Source: an uncultured Gammaproteobacteria bacterium (GTDB taxonomy: Bacteria; Patescibacteriota; Patescibacteriia; UBA9934; GWF2-40-263). Taken from it: a stretch of DNA of 25,202 bases. How positions within the stretch are numbered: the stretch's first letter is position 1; the number at the start of each line of letters is the position of its first letter. The stretch covers positions 1 to 25,202 of the forward strand of contig CAYJVQ010000002.1 of NCBI GenBank assembly GCA_964373605.1, in the 5' to 3' direction. This document shows, one piece after another, positions 1-8,707 of this stretch. The notes beneath the pieces are model-generated. The model worked only from the letters and a program-made list of their open reading frames with translations. It ran no database searches and had not been told where the DNA came from. Made by a program: the position numbers and the translations under genes.

Positions 1-6
1 CGTTCG

Positions 7-74
7 CTCAAAACAGATCAAACCGTTGGTTTGCTCTGTTCTCTCGCTCACTCACAGCTCGCGAGTTTTGAGAG
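7..74. repeat. Nested inverted-repeat (multi-hairpin) non-coding element, possibly truncated by the window edge
   Basis: AACAGATCAAACC (12-24) pairs with GGTTTGCTCTGTT (28-40) at 12/13 around a 3-nt loop. CTCAAAAC (7-14) is the reverse complement of GTTTTGAG (65-72). CTCTC (41-45) pairs with GAGAG (70-74). Palindrome CTCGCGAG at 58-65. Confidence 0.6.
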
Positions 75-80
75 CAATCT

Positions 81-1271
81 CTATTTTATCTCAAGGTAAA
101 CATGATCCACCAGCCGAGAAACCTTTCGAACCCAAAAAGGAAAAAATTGCACATCCACAGAAGTGGCAACGCCTTCTTGAATCAACGTGCGACGCACCTC
201 CTCTTCTGACATTCCAACAAAACGTCCGGCCTCCAAAGCTTGACTTGTCTTCGAAGTCATCGCGCGACCGGTTTGGCTGACTTGAATGCTTGCCGTTGCG
301 TCTTGAAGATTCACTTGTTGAACCGTCACGCGCCGATTCTCTTCGCCAAAATCCACAAATTCCCGCCCTTGACCCAAACCTTCATGCAGTTTGCGAAGAG
401 TGATTTTTTTCAGCGCCTCTTCATCGTAAAAAACGGCGGTCACACTCACTTTCAGCTCCACATCAAACGTCCCCACTTCCTCACCGGCTTTTACATCGGT
501 TTTTTGATCGAGGACTTCAACAAAAAACGCCTCGCCAGTGTACAACGGTTGACGTTGCGCTCGCAACATCGCTTTGGCGTCCTCAAGCAATTCCGCTTTC
601 AATCCTTCAAACCCGCGATCAATCTCCGCCTGCGACAACACGGAAATAAATTTCACCCCGCCGGTCATGGGTGCAAGGGATTGAGCGGTCACGAGCGTTT
701 GTTTCGCTTGAGACAATCCCGGAATCGTAAAGGAAGATGGGCCGATATTGCCTTCCACTCCTTTTTTGTCCGCATACACTTCTGCCTCCACACTTCCCTG
801 TGCCGGAATGGTCAGCGTCTTTTTTAATCGATAAAGAATACCCTCGGGAGTCAAAAAACGCGTGGTCGCCACAAGCAGTTGCGGCGTTGACATGATGTTT
901 TTGATCGTCACGGTTCCCACCGCTTGACCATCTATCGCTTTTTGTGACGGTTCTGTTGGGGTGACAACTTTCTTTCGACCAAGCGACCCTGAATATATTT
1001 CGCCTTGGATTTCACCTTCTTTCACGGCCACCTCAACCGTTTGTACAATAAAATCCGTTGTGATTTCTTTTGAAACGGTTGTCACACGAATCACCGCTTT
1101 CATCGTCGACAAATACAAAACCACAAACAAAACCGTTACGACAAGAATCACAAAAACGATCGCGATGCGCCGATACAACAAAAGAGGTATCGCGTGGGAC
1201 AACGGTTCCCTTGGCGCCTGTTTCTTGTTGATGGGAATGCGGGCTGTTTTTGCCATTTTGTGTGCAGACAT
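81..1271 (-). CDS. Single-pass membrane protein with a baseplate J/gp47-like extracytoplasmic domain (CPR-type)
   Basis: ORF of ~396 aa from ATG 1271 (alternative ATG 1256). The ORF-track start at 1355 is a GTG inside the inverted-repeat element. One TM helix (IAIVFVILVVTVLFVVLYLS) is followed by GTVTIKN..TRF..G..V.A...G..GNI...F.IPGL....GG, a pattern I recall from CPR proteins annotated as baseplate-J-like. Family call from motif memory only. Confidence 0.6.
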   Translation of the reverse strand: MSAHKMAKTARIPINKKQAPREPLSHAIPLLLYRRIAIVFVILVVTVLFVVLYLSTMKAVIRVTTVSKEITTDFIVQTVEVAVKEGEIQGEIYSGSLGRKKVVTPTEPSQKAIDGQAVGTVTIKNIMSTPQLLVATTRFLTPEGILYRLKKTLTIPAQGSVEAEVYADKKGVEGNIGPSSFTIPGLSQAKQTLVTAQSLAPMTGGVKFISVLSQAEIDRGFEGLKAELLEDAKAMLRAQRQPLYTGEAFFVEVLDQKTDVKAGEEVGTFDVELKVSVTAVFYDEEALKKITLRKLHEGLGQGREFVDFGEENRRVTVQQVNLQDATASIQVSQTGRAMTSKTSQALEAGRFVGMSEEEVRRTLIQEGVATSVDVQFFPFWVRKVSRLVDHVYLEIK

Positions 1272-1300
1272 AAAGACGCAGACTGATGAGAATCTCTCAT

Positions 1301-1370
1301 GGGACCTCTGAAAAAGTGATGGATTTTCGTTAAACAGAGAGACGAAAAGACACACTTTTTCAGAGGTCCC
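1301..1370. mobile_element. MITE-like element with 18-bp perfect terminal inverted repeats
   Basis: GGGACCTCTGAAAAAGTG (1301-1318) is the exact reverse complement of CACTTTTTCAGAGGTCCC (1353-1370). An inner pair TTTTCGT (1324-1330)/ACGAAAA (1342-1348) is present. No transposase inside and no clear target-site duplication. Confidence 0.6.
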
Positions 1371-1416
1371 TTCAGGATGACAACAGGGAAACTCGCTATA
1401 GGTTCTCCCCTATTTA

Positions 1417-4400
1417 TTATACCACCTCCACATTCTGCCTCCCAACCAATGAAGCGATCTCATCAATCAAATGATCGGAAACGGTGACGGAATAATCCGT
1501 TTCAATCTGGCGCAGACGTCCGCCGGAATCAACAAGCAGACACACCGGTTTTGAACCCGGCGTTGACTGAAGAAGATGTCGCAATTGTTCGACAAGCTCG
1601 GGTGTCGGTTTCCCTTTGAGCGCGATGGAAAGAGCGCCGCGCCGGATGACATCTTGCCCTGTTTTGAGCGAACGGACCATCGAGGGGAACTCGGATTCAT
1701 CAAACGGGTCAAAACGACTGGCAATGAACGTCACTTCACCATCTCGATAGGAAATTTTTCCGGAGACAACAACAAACTGATCTAAACGCAAAGACTCTTT
1801 TGAGGTCATGTACACTTCAGGAAAAACCACGACTTCTTGACGATGCGCCGTATCCTCCAACCCAACAAAGGCCATCGGAGCGCCCTTGCGAGTGACGATT
1901 TCTTTCACGCTCACGATCATCCCGCCGATGTTCACAAACGCGCCATTTTTCTGTGAAGCGATCTGTTCAAGCGGCGTCACCAGTTCTTCCAGCATCTTTT
2001 GCGCCGGTTCAAACGGGTGCGCGGATACATACAAGCCGAGCAATTCTTTTTCCCACGCCAACCGCTCGCGCAAACTTGCCGGTTCAACTTCACGAAGCGC
2101 AATCTTGGATGACAAAATCGACGGAGTAGACGCAAACAAACTTTGCTGATTCATTACCTTCTCTTTCTGAACGTTTTTATTGTACATCAAAATGCGATCC
2201 GTATTTTCAAGCAGTTGTTTGCGATGACCAAAGCGATCAAGAGCCCCTGACTTAATGAATGCCTCAAGCGACTTTTTGTTAAATGCCTGATGGGAAACAC
2301 GGCCGGCAAAATCCGCCAAATCTTTAAACGATCCGTTTTTCTTGCGCTCTTGAATGATGGTTTCCACCACTTCCGTTCCTAAATTTTTGACCACGAGCAA
2401 ACCAAAACGAATTTGAGCGTCATGGATGTACGTAAAATCCCGCAGAGATTCGTTGATGTCCGGCGGAAGAACCGCGATACCCATACGTTCGCATTCATGC
2501 ACCGCTTCCGCAATTTTTTCCAAATCGCCGGACTCCGCCGTCATGAGCGCGGTCATATACTCCGCCGGAAAATTGGCCTTCATGTACGCGGTCTGATAGG
2601 CAACCATCCCGTAACTGGCGCCGTGCGCTTTGTTAAACCCATAGGCGGCAAACGGTTCGATCAGTTTCCACAGCTCCCGCGCTTTTTGCTCGGACAATCC
2701 GTTCTGTACAAACCCATCCATCAGTTTGATTTTTTGCAAGGCCATTTCAGCCGGAATTTTTTTTCCCATCGCTTTGCGCAACTTATCCGCTTCCAACCAT
2801 GAATATCCGGCCAAATGAATCGCGATCAACATCACGTCGTCCTGATAAACAATCACCCCGTAGGATTGATCCAAAATGGTCTTCATGCGCGGATCCAAAT
2901 AGGAAACAAGCGAATCATCATGTTTGCGACGAATGTACTCGGGAATGGATTCGATCGGTCCAGGACGGTACAAGGCCACCATCGCCATGATATCCTCCAC
3001 GCGATGAGGCTGAAGATCCATGAGATATTTTGTCATTCCGTCTCCATTGAGCTGAAAAGTTCCCATGGTGTACCCCTTGGCAAGCAGAGCGAACGTTTTT
3101 TGGTCGTCAACCGGAATGCGTTCAATGTCGATATCGACTCCTTTCACTTTTTTCACAAGAGCCACCGCATCTCCCAAAATCGAAAGATTGCGAATACCCA
3201 AAAAGTCCATTTTGATCAGACCGGCTTGTTCAACCGATTTCATCTCATATTGGGTAATAATTTTTCCCTCGCGCGTGTCAATTTGCAGGGGCGTAAAATC
3301 CGTCAGAGCGGAGGGAGAAATAACCGCCCCGGCCGCGTGAATGGAAACATGCCTCGCACATCCTTCGATGCGCCGCGCCAAATCAATCATACGTCGAACG
3401 TTGACATCCGTTTGGTATTTCTTTTTCAAATCCGGCGATTCGTTCAGCGCACGCTCAAGGGTCATCGGAAATCCCTGCGAACCCATGGGAACGAGCTTCG
3501 CGATCTCATCCACCATGGCATAGGGAAATCCAAGCGCACGACCCACATCTCGAACACTGCCGCGCGCAAGCATCGTTCCAAATGTACAGATCTGCGCGAC
3601 TTTGTCATGGCCATATTTCTCACGCACATAATCGAGCACTTCATCGCGTCTGTTATCCGCAAAATCCGCATCAATATCCGGCGCGGACGGACGCTCCGGA
3701 TTTAAGAATCGTTCAAACGGCAGTTTATATAAAAGCGGATTGATCGAAGAGATGCCGATCGCATAACTGACAAGCGATCCTGCCACAGATCCGCGCGTGG
3801 TCGTGGCAATTCCTTGGGCGCGAGACCAATTGATAAAATCAGAAACAATCAAAAAATAAGGACAAAATCCTTTTTGATCGATAATCTCAAGTTCATAGTC
3901 CAACCGCTCTTTCATTTGCTCGTTGAGCACGTTTTCTTTTTTTTCCAATTGCGCGTACGCCTGTTGTGTCAGCACTTGACGAAATGTTTTATCTTTGGGA
4001 ATCTCAAAATGAGGAAAATTCCACTTCCCCAACTCGAGCGTCACCTCACAGCGATCGGCAATCGCCCGAGTGTTTTCTATGGCTTCCGGCACGTCTGCAA
4101 ATCGCTCAATCATGTACGCCTCGCTCACCATGGACGCGTCATAATCAAATTGATTCATCCGTTCAAACTGTTCGAGCGTTTTTGCCCCTTTGATGCAATT
4201 CAAAATCTTCCACGCCTCCACATCTTGGGGCTTCAAATAAAACGTATTCTTGGTCGCGACAACCGGAACACCCAGTTCTTTTCCCAGTTCAATGAGCCGC
4301 GCGTTTGTGCTTTCCTGTTCGGCAATTTCAGGACGATCAACCAGTTCAAGAAAAAAATTTCCCTCTCCAAACAGGTTGACATACTCTTGAATCGCTCTTC

Positions 4401-4866
4401 GAGCTTCTTGAGACTTTTCTGCCTTGATCAGTTCATCAATTTCCCCTTGATACCCGCCTGAAAGAGCGATCAAACCCTTTGCATGCGCGGCCAGAACGTC
4501 TTTATCAATGCGCGGCTTATAATAAAATCCTTCCAAAAAACCAATGGAAGAAAGCTGAATCAGATGATGATACCCCTCGTTGTTCTGTGCGAGCAATACC
4601 AAACGGTTGGGTTTGACATCGATATGTGCGCGTTTCAAATGCCTCCCCTCGCGAGCCACATAAGCATCCATTCCCAACAGAGGTTTAATGCCGGCTTCGT
4701 GGGCTTTTTGATAAAATTCAATGCTTCCATAGAGGGCTCCGTTGTCCGTAAGAGCAACCGCGTCCATTTCCAATGATTTGACATGCGCAATCAGCTCCTT
4801 GAGTTTTGGAAGTGCCTCAAGAAGCGAATAATGACAATGTGTGTGGAGGTGAACAAAACGAGACAT
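1417..4866 (-). CDS. dnaE: DNA polymerase III subunit alpha
   Basis: PHP start FVHLHTHCHYSLL, ALTDNGALYG, catalytic region RGSVAGSLVSY..GI and PDIDADF, KMDFLGIRNL, YGFNKAH, C-terminal OB fold. Start placed at ATG 4866 (1149 aa) because it lies just before the PHP motif and downstream of a promoter. Confidence 0.97.
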   Translation of the reverse strand: MSRFVHLHTHCHYSLLEALPKLKELIAHVKSLEMDAVALTDNGALYGSIEFYQKAHEAGIKPLLGMDAYVAREGRHLKRAHIDVKPNRLVLLAQNNEGYHHLIQLSSIGFLEGFYYKPRIDKDVLAAHAKGLIALSGGYQGEIDELIKAEKSQEARRAIQEYVNLFGEGNFFLELVDRPEIAEQESTNARLIELGKELGVPVVATKNTFYLKPQDVEAWKILNCIKGAKTLEQFERMNQFDYDASMVSEAYMIERFADVPEAIENTRAIADRCEVTLELGKWNFPHFEIPKDKTFRQVLTQQAYAQLEKKENVLNEQMKERLDYELEIIDQKGFCPYFLIVSDFINWSRAQGIATTTRGSVAGSLVSYAIGISSINPLLYKLPFERFLNPERPSAPDIDADFADNRRDEVLDYVREKYGHDKVAQICTFGTMLARGSVRDVGRALGFPYAMVDEIAKLVPMGSQGFPMTLERALNESPDLKKKYQTDVNVRRMIDLARRIEGCARHVSIHAAGAVISPSALTDFTPLQIDTREGKIITQYEMKSVEQAGLIKMDFLGIRNLSILGDAVALVKKVKGVDIDIERIPVDDQKTFALLAKGYTMGTFQLNGDGMTKYLMDLQPHRVEDIMAMVALYRPGPIESIPEYIRRKHDDSLVSYLDPRMKTILDQSYGVIVYQDDVMLIAIHLAGYSWLEADKLRKAMGKKIPAEMALQKIKLMDGFVQNGLSEQKARELWKLIEPFAAYGFNKAHGASYGMVAYQTAYMKANFPAEYMTALMTAESGDLEKIAEAVHECERMGIAVLPPDINESLRDFTYIHDAQIRFGLLVVKNLGTEVVETIIQERKKNGSFKDLADFAGRVSHQAFNKKSLEAFIKSGALDRFGHRKQLLENTDRILMYNKNVQKEKVMNQQSLFASTPSILSSKIALREVEPASLRERLAWEKELLGLYVSAHPFEPAQKMLEELVTPLEQIASQKNGAFVNIGGMIVSVKEIVTRKGAPMAFVGLEDTAHRQEVVVFPEVYMTSKESLRLDQFVVVSGKISYRDGEVTFIASRFDPFDESEFPSMVRSLKTGQDVIRRGALSIALKGKPTPELVEQLRHLLQSTPGSKPVCLLVDSGGRLRQIETDYSVTVSDHLIDEIASLVGRQNVEVV

Positions 4867-4878
4867 AGGATTCATCAA

Positions 4879-4907
4879 AGAGTAGCAAAGGTGCGGTGGG
4901 AATACAA
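4879..4907 (-). promoter_or_regulatory. sigma70 promoter for dnaE
   Basis: Minus strand TTGTAT (4907-4902), 17-nt spacer, TACTCT (4884-4879), with an extended-10 TG-n motif. Confidence 0.6.
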
Positions 4908-4939
4908 AAACGCGCTCTTGAAAATGGCTCTTGAGCGCG
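4906..4939 (-). terminator. Probable intrinsic terminator after the tyrS-rseP-pheS-pheT cluster
   Basis: Minus strand CGCGCTC-N15-GAGCGCG followed by TTTTT, starting 7 nt after the stop of ORF 4947-5237. The loop is large. Confidence 0.5.
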
Positions 4940-4946
4940 CGTTCAC

Positions 4947-5237
4947 TCACTTTCTTTTCTTTTTTCCTTTCTTGTTCCTCTTCGCCTGCAAATACTCCAT
5001 CCCTTTTGCCGCGAGTTGAATCGCGCTTCCAAGCGAAGACGTGGTGGATTCAAACTTATGACCAATACCCATGAGCGCGCGTTCAATCTTTTGCATAACC
5101 TCGCGACTCTCTTCCATCACATCATTGATGTGTCGCATCATCGTCGCCACTTGCCAAATCAGCCAGAATAGCGCGGCCGTGAACCAAAGCACGCAAAACG
5201 CAAGCACGATGTATAAAATATCCAATGGTGAAAACAT
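4947..5237 (-). CDS. Small membrane protein, hypothetical (N-terminal TM helix, amphipathic helix, polybasic tail)
   Basis: 96-aa ORF with hydrophobic ILYIVLAFCVLWFTAALFWLIW and C-terminal KRNKKGKKKRK. It fills the gap between pheT and dnaE on the same strand. Confidence 0.75.
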   Translation of the reverse strand: MFSPLDILYIVLAFCVLWFTAALFWLIWQVATMMRHINDVMEESREVMQKIERALMGIGHKFESTTSSLGSAIQLAAKGMEYLQAKRNKKGKKKRK

Positions 5238-5259
5238 ATCCTCCTCAAACTTCTGACGC

Positions 5260-7659
5260 TTATGAACGCATCATAGCATGAAATTTATTCTCAAGCACAT
5301 TTCGCATCTTCTCGAGTTCCAGATCCACCTCTTTGGCCTCCAGCGTGCGCTCATCAGATCGAAAGAAAAAATGAAGCGCCAGAGACTTTTTGCCTTCTTC
5401 CACTCCTTTTCCGCGATAGATGTCAAACAGTTCAACGCTCTGAAGCAACGCGGACATTTTTTCCAAAACAGCCACGACCGTTTCATATTCCACGCGCTCG
5501 TCGAGCACAAACGCCAGATCACGTTTCACAAAAGGAAATGGGGAAAGAGGAGTGTACGATTTCGAGGCGCGAAAAAAACTCACGAGCGCTTCAAAATCAA
5601 ATTCAACAAGCACCGTTTGCCCATCCAGTCCGAAAGCCCGAGAAACGGTATCGCTTATCTGTCCGATGACGCCAATCGTTTGTTTTTCTTTTTGAATGCT
5701 TGCCGAACTCCCCGCATGCCAAAGAGCTTCATTTGTCCCGCGTTTCAAGAGCATGCCCCCGACTCCTGTCACACGCACAAAACGATCGAGGAAACCTTTC
5801 GCCCGCAAAAAGGATTCACGTCCGTCTTTTCCATACACCGCCAACACCAATCTCAACGGTTGTTCAGGAAGATCCTGTTTTTTCAATAGATACACAGGGG
5901 CAATCTCGAACAAATGACCGGAAGGAAAACGGGACTGATTCTGTTCGATCGAGGTGAGCATGCTTGGCACAAGCGATGGACGCATAAACTCCAAATCGAA
6001 ACTAAGCGGATTGCGAAGTTTCACCGACTGTTTGGGCGAAAGCGCATAACATTCAAGTTGCTTTTGTGACACAAAGCTTTGGCTGTACATCTCGCTCAAC
6101 CCCATGCCGCACAGGAGGCGTTTTGCTCGCCGCGTCCACTCAAGAGCAGGAACAGAGCGTCCTGTTGGCAACAGGCCTGTTGGAAGGATGGAGGGAAAAT
6201 TCTCATAACCATAAATTCGGGCGATTTCTTCGACAAAATCAACTCGAGTCTCGATATCATGATCTCTCCAATAGGGCACTGTCACTCTCAAATCGTTTTT
6301 TTCTTCCGTCTGAAACCCAAGACGTTGTAAAATCTCAACCATCTCATGAGGGGCAAGTTCCATTCCCATCAAACGGTTCGCGGCAACGGGATCGAATGAA
6401 AGAACAACCGGCTCGTACGGCTTTGCTTCTATTTCCATCAGGTCAGACGCGATGGAACCACCGACGACTTGCAAAATAAGTTCCACGGCACGTTCAAGCG
6501 CCGGTGTTGTCGCTTGCGTGGAAAGCCCTTTTTCAAAAAGCCGTTGGGAATCAGAAAACACATTGAGCGCGCGAGCGGTACGACGCACCGACACGGGATC
6601 GAAGGTGGCAGATTCGATGAGCACGCGCGTGGTGCCCGGGGTCGTTGCGCTCTTTTCTCCACCCATGACTCCGGCCAGCGCCACGACTTTGTGCGCATCC
6701 GCAATCACCAACCTCTCACTGCTAAGCTCGTATTCTTTTCCATCCAAAGCCAAAAACTTCTCTTTGTTCTTTGCTCTACGAACAACGATCTTTTGGCCAT
6801 CCAACTGATCCGCATCAAACGCATGAAGTGGCTGGCCGTATTCATGCAAAACGTAATTGGTGATGTCCACGATGTTGTTGATGGGACGATGACCGGCAAG
6901 AAGCAAACGCTTTTGAAGCCACCACGGGGAAGGGCCAACATTCACGTGATCAAGAAGAATGGCACAATATTTTGGACACAACGCGGATTCTTTCACCTCA
7001 ATCGTCAATGGCATGGATTTCTTGCCGGAGGGAACAGAGGCGACCGTCCTCTGGCCCGGAGGCAAAAAATCCATACCTAGCACCGCCGCTCCTTCTCTTG
7101 CTTGCCCGATAATCGACTGACAATCAGGACGATTGCTCGTCACCTCGATATCAAAAATCACATCATCCAAGTCAAGCGCCTCAAGAATCGGTGTTCCCGG
7201 CTTGGCATCCGTCACATTCGTCATGTCCCAAATGTTTTGTTCACCGGTCGCGAGTTTTTCAAAACCAATCTCATCAGCCGCGCAGATCATTCCGTGACTC
7301 TCGATCCCTCGAATCTTTGTTTTTGAAAGTTCGACCGGATCCCCTTGACCATGCCAGCGCACGCGCGCTCCCGGAAGTCCCACCACAACGCGCATTCCTT
7401 CCATCAGATTGACCCCCCCGCAAACAATTTCAACCGTCTCTTTTCCGATGTCGACTCTGGCTATTCGGAGTTTGTCCGCTTGTGGATGTTTCTTCACCTC
7501 TTTGACAAATCCAACAACCATTTTATCGAATTTCTCATGCAATTTGTCCATCCGTTCAATGGAATTCCCCGCCGCCGTTGTTTTCTTCGCAAACGCTTCC
7601 GCAGACAAATCCGTGTTCAAATATTCTTTCATCCATTTGTAGGAAAGAAGAAAGTTCAT
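5260..7659 (-). CDS. pheT: Phenylalanine--tRNA ligase beta subunit
   Basis: 799 aa. tRNA-binding OB domain (KKHPQADKL, IVCGG.N, RGIESHGMIC), B3/4 domain (INNIVDITNYV..EYGQPLHAFD), B5, and C-terminal FDX-ACB (RDLAFVL..FDIYRGKGV..GKKSLA). Confidence 0.97.
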   Translation of the reverse strand: MNFLLSYKWMKEYLNTDLSAEAFAKKTTAAGNSIERMDKLHEKFDKMVVGFVKEVKKHPQADKLRIARVDIGKETVEIVCGGVNLMEGMRVVVGLPGARVRWHGQGDPVELSKTKIRGIESHGMICAADEIGFEKLATGEQNIWDMTNVTDAKPGTPILEALDLDDVIFDIEVTSNRPDCQSIIGQAREGAAVLGMDFLPPGQRTVASVPSGKKSMPLTIEVKESALCPKYCAILLDHVNVGPSPWWLQKRLLLAGHRPINNIVDITNYVLHEYGQPLHAFDADQLDGQKIVVRRAKNKEKFLALDGKEYELSSERLVIADAHKVVALAGVMGGEKSATTPGTTRVLIESATFDPVSVRRTARALNVFSDSQRLFEKGLSTQATTPALERAVELILQVVGGSIASDLMEIEAKPYEPVVLSFDPVAANRLMGMELAPHEMVEILQRLGFQTEEKNDLRVTVPYWRDHDIETRVDFVEEIARIYGYENFPSILPTGLLPTGRSVPALEWTRRAKRLLCGMGLSEMYSQSFVSQKQLECYALSPKQSVKLRNPLSFDLEFMRPSLVPSMLTSIEQNQSRFPSGHLFEIAPVYLLKKQDLPEQPLRLVLAVYGKDGRESFLRAKGFLDRFVRVTGVGGMLLKRGTNEALWHAGSSASIQKEKQTIGVIGQISDTVSRAFGLDGQTVLVEFDFEALVSFFRASKSYTPLSPFPFVKRDLAFVLDERVEYETVVAVLEKMSALLQSVELFDIYRGKGVEEGKKSLALHFFFRSDERTLEAKEVDLELEKMRNVLENKFHAMMRS

Positions 7660-7660
7660 A

Positions 7661-8707
7661 CTAAAACTGTTTCACAAATCTCAAATCGCCTTTATAAAGA
7701 AGACGGATATCTTCAATCTTCAACCCTTCACGCATCATGAGCGTTCGTTCCACTCCCCACCCAAAGGCGAATCCCGAATAGACATCCGGATCAATCCCGC
7801 CCGCTTTCAAGACAGAAGGATGCACCATGCCGGCACCCCCAAGTTCGACCCATCCGCCTTTACACAATCGACACGATCCTGATTCATTGCCACCGCAAAC
7901 CTCACAACTGATATCCACTTCAAAGCTCGGCTCGGTAAAACGAAAATGATGCGGTCGGAGTCGTGTGCGGCGATCCGAGGAAAAAAATGTTTTCACAAAA
8001 TAATCAAGCAGGCCTTTGAGATGCACAATGGAAATTCCTTTATCAATAAGCAGTCCCTCAAACTGATGGAACATGGGGAGGTGACTGATGTCGATCTGGC
8101 GCCGATACGTTCGGTTGATGTTGATCATTCGAATGGGCGGACGGGTCTCTTCCATGTGCCGTATCTGGGAATTTGAGGTATGCGGAGTCAAAACCATTTT
8201 TCCCTTCTTCCCTTCCGGCAAATCAACAAAAAATGTTTCCCAATCATCGCGCGCCGGATGATCTTTGGGCATGTTCAGCGCGGAAAACACATAATAATCC
8301 CAATCAATCTCCGGAACTCGAACTTGGGTGAAACCTATGCGGGAAAAAATATCCGTGATTTCTTCGAGCGCTTGGGAGGTCAGATGCAAGTGACCTTCTT
8401 CTGGCGCTTGTCCCGGCTCGGTGATGTCGATCCACTCTCGCTCTGTTCGCGTTCCTTGCTCTGCTGTGTCCAGTTCTTGCTCTTTTTTTTCGTAAGTCGT
8501 CTCCAGAAAATTCTTCACCTCGTTGGCAAATTCTCCGATGATTTTTCGTTCTTCTTTCGCCAACTCTGCCACCTTTCCAAGAAGGGTCTTGAGCTTGCCT
8601 TTACGACCAAGAAATTCATGTTTGATCTGTTCAAGCGCCGGGCGATCCATCGCCTGGGTCATGAGTGTTTCAAAATCCTTTTTTAATTGCTCAAGTTCAA
8701 ATTTCAT
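7661..8707 (-). CDS. pheS: Phenylalanine--tRNA ligase alpha subunit
   Basis: 348 aa. FLGRKG N-terminus, GHLH, F..LN.PKDHPARD, LTPHTS..QIR, FHQFEGL, RPHHFRFTEPSFEVD, GAGMVHP, GFAFGWGVER. ATGA overlap with the rseP stop. Confidence 0.97.
   Translation of the reverse strand: MKFELEQLKKDFETLMTQAMDRPALEQIKHEFLGRKGKLKTLLGKVAELAKEERKIIGEFANEVKNFLETTYEKKEQELDTAEQGTRTEREWIDITEPGQAPEEGHLHLTSQALEEITDIFSRIGFTQVRVPEIDWDYYVFSALNMPKDHPARDDWETFFVDLPEGKKGKMVLTPHTSNSQIRHMEETRPPIRMININRTYRRQIDISHLPMFHQFEGLLIDKGISIVHLKGLLDYFVKTFFSSDRRTRLRPHHFRFTEPSFEVDISCEVCGGNESGSCRLCKGGWVELGGAGMVHPSVLKAGGIDPDVYSGFAFGWGVERTLMMREGLKIEDIRLLYKGDLRFVKQF

Noticed and set aside
1272-1355. N-terminal extension of the first ORF from a GTG at 1355
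   Set aside because: The start lies inside the inverted-repeat element and the extension looks non-coding. ATG 1271 or 1256 is more plausible.
1385-1410. Imperfect hairpin just after the dnaE stop
   Set aside because: Weak stem with a bulge and no U-tract; not enough to call a terminator.
2815-3705. 296-aa ORF antisense to dnaE, and similar long antisense ORFs over pheT, rseP, clpC and recG
   Set aside because: Shadow ORFs of highly conserved genes with no domain signatures or initiation signals.
4867-4950. ORF-track N-terminal extension of dnaE (and analogous extensions of tyrS, rseP, ORF 15791 and ORF 24389)
   Set aside because: These extensions run over promoters, terminators or neighbouring genes. 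Conserved motifs begin at downstream ATGs.
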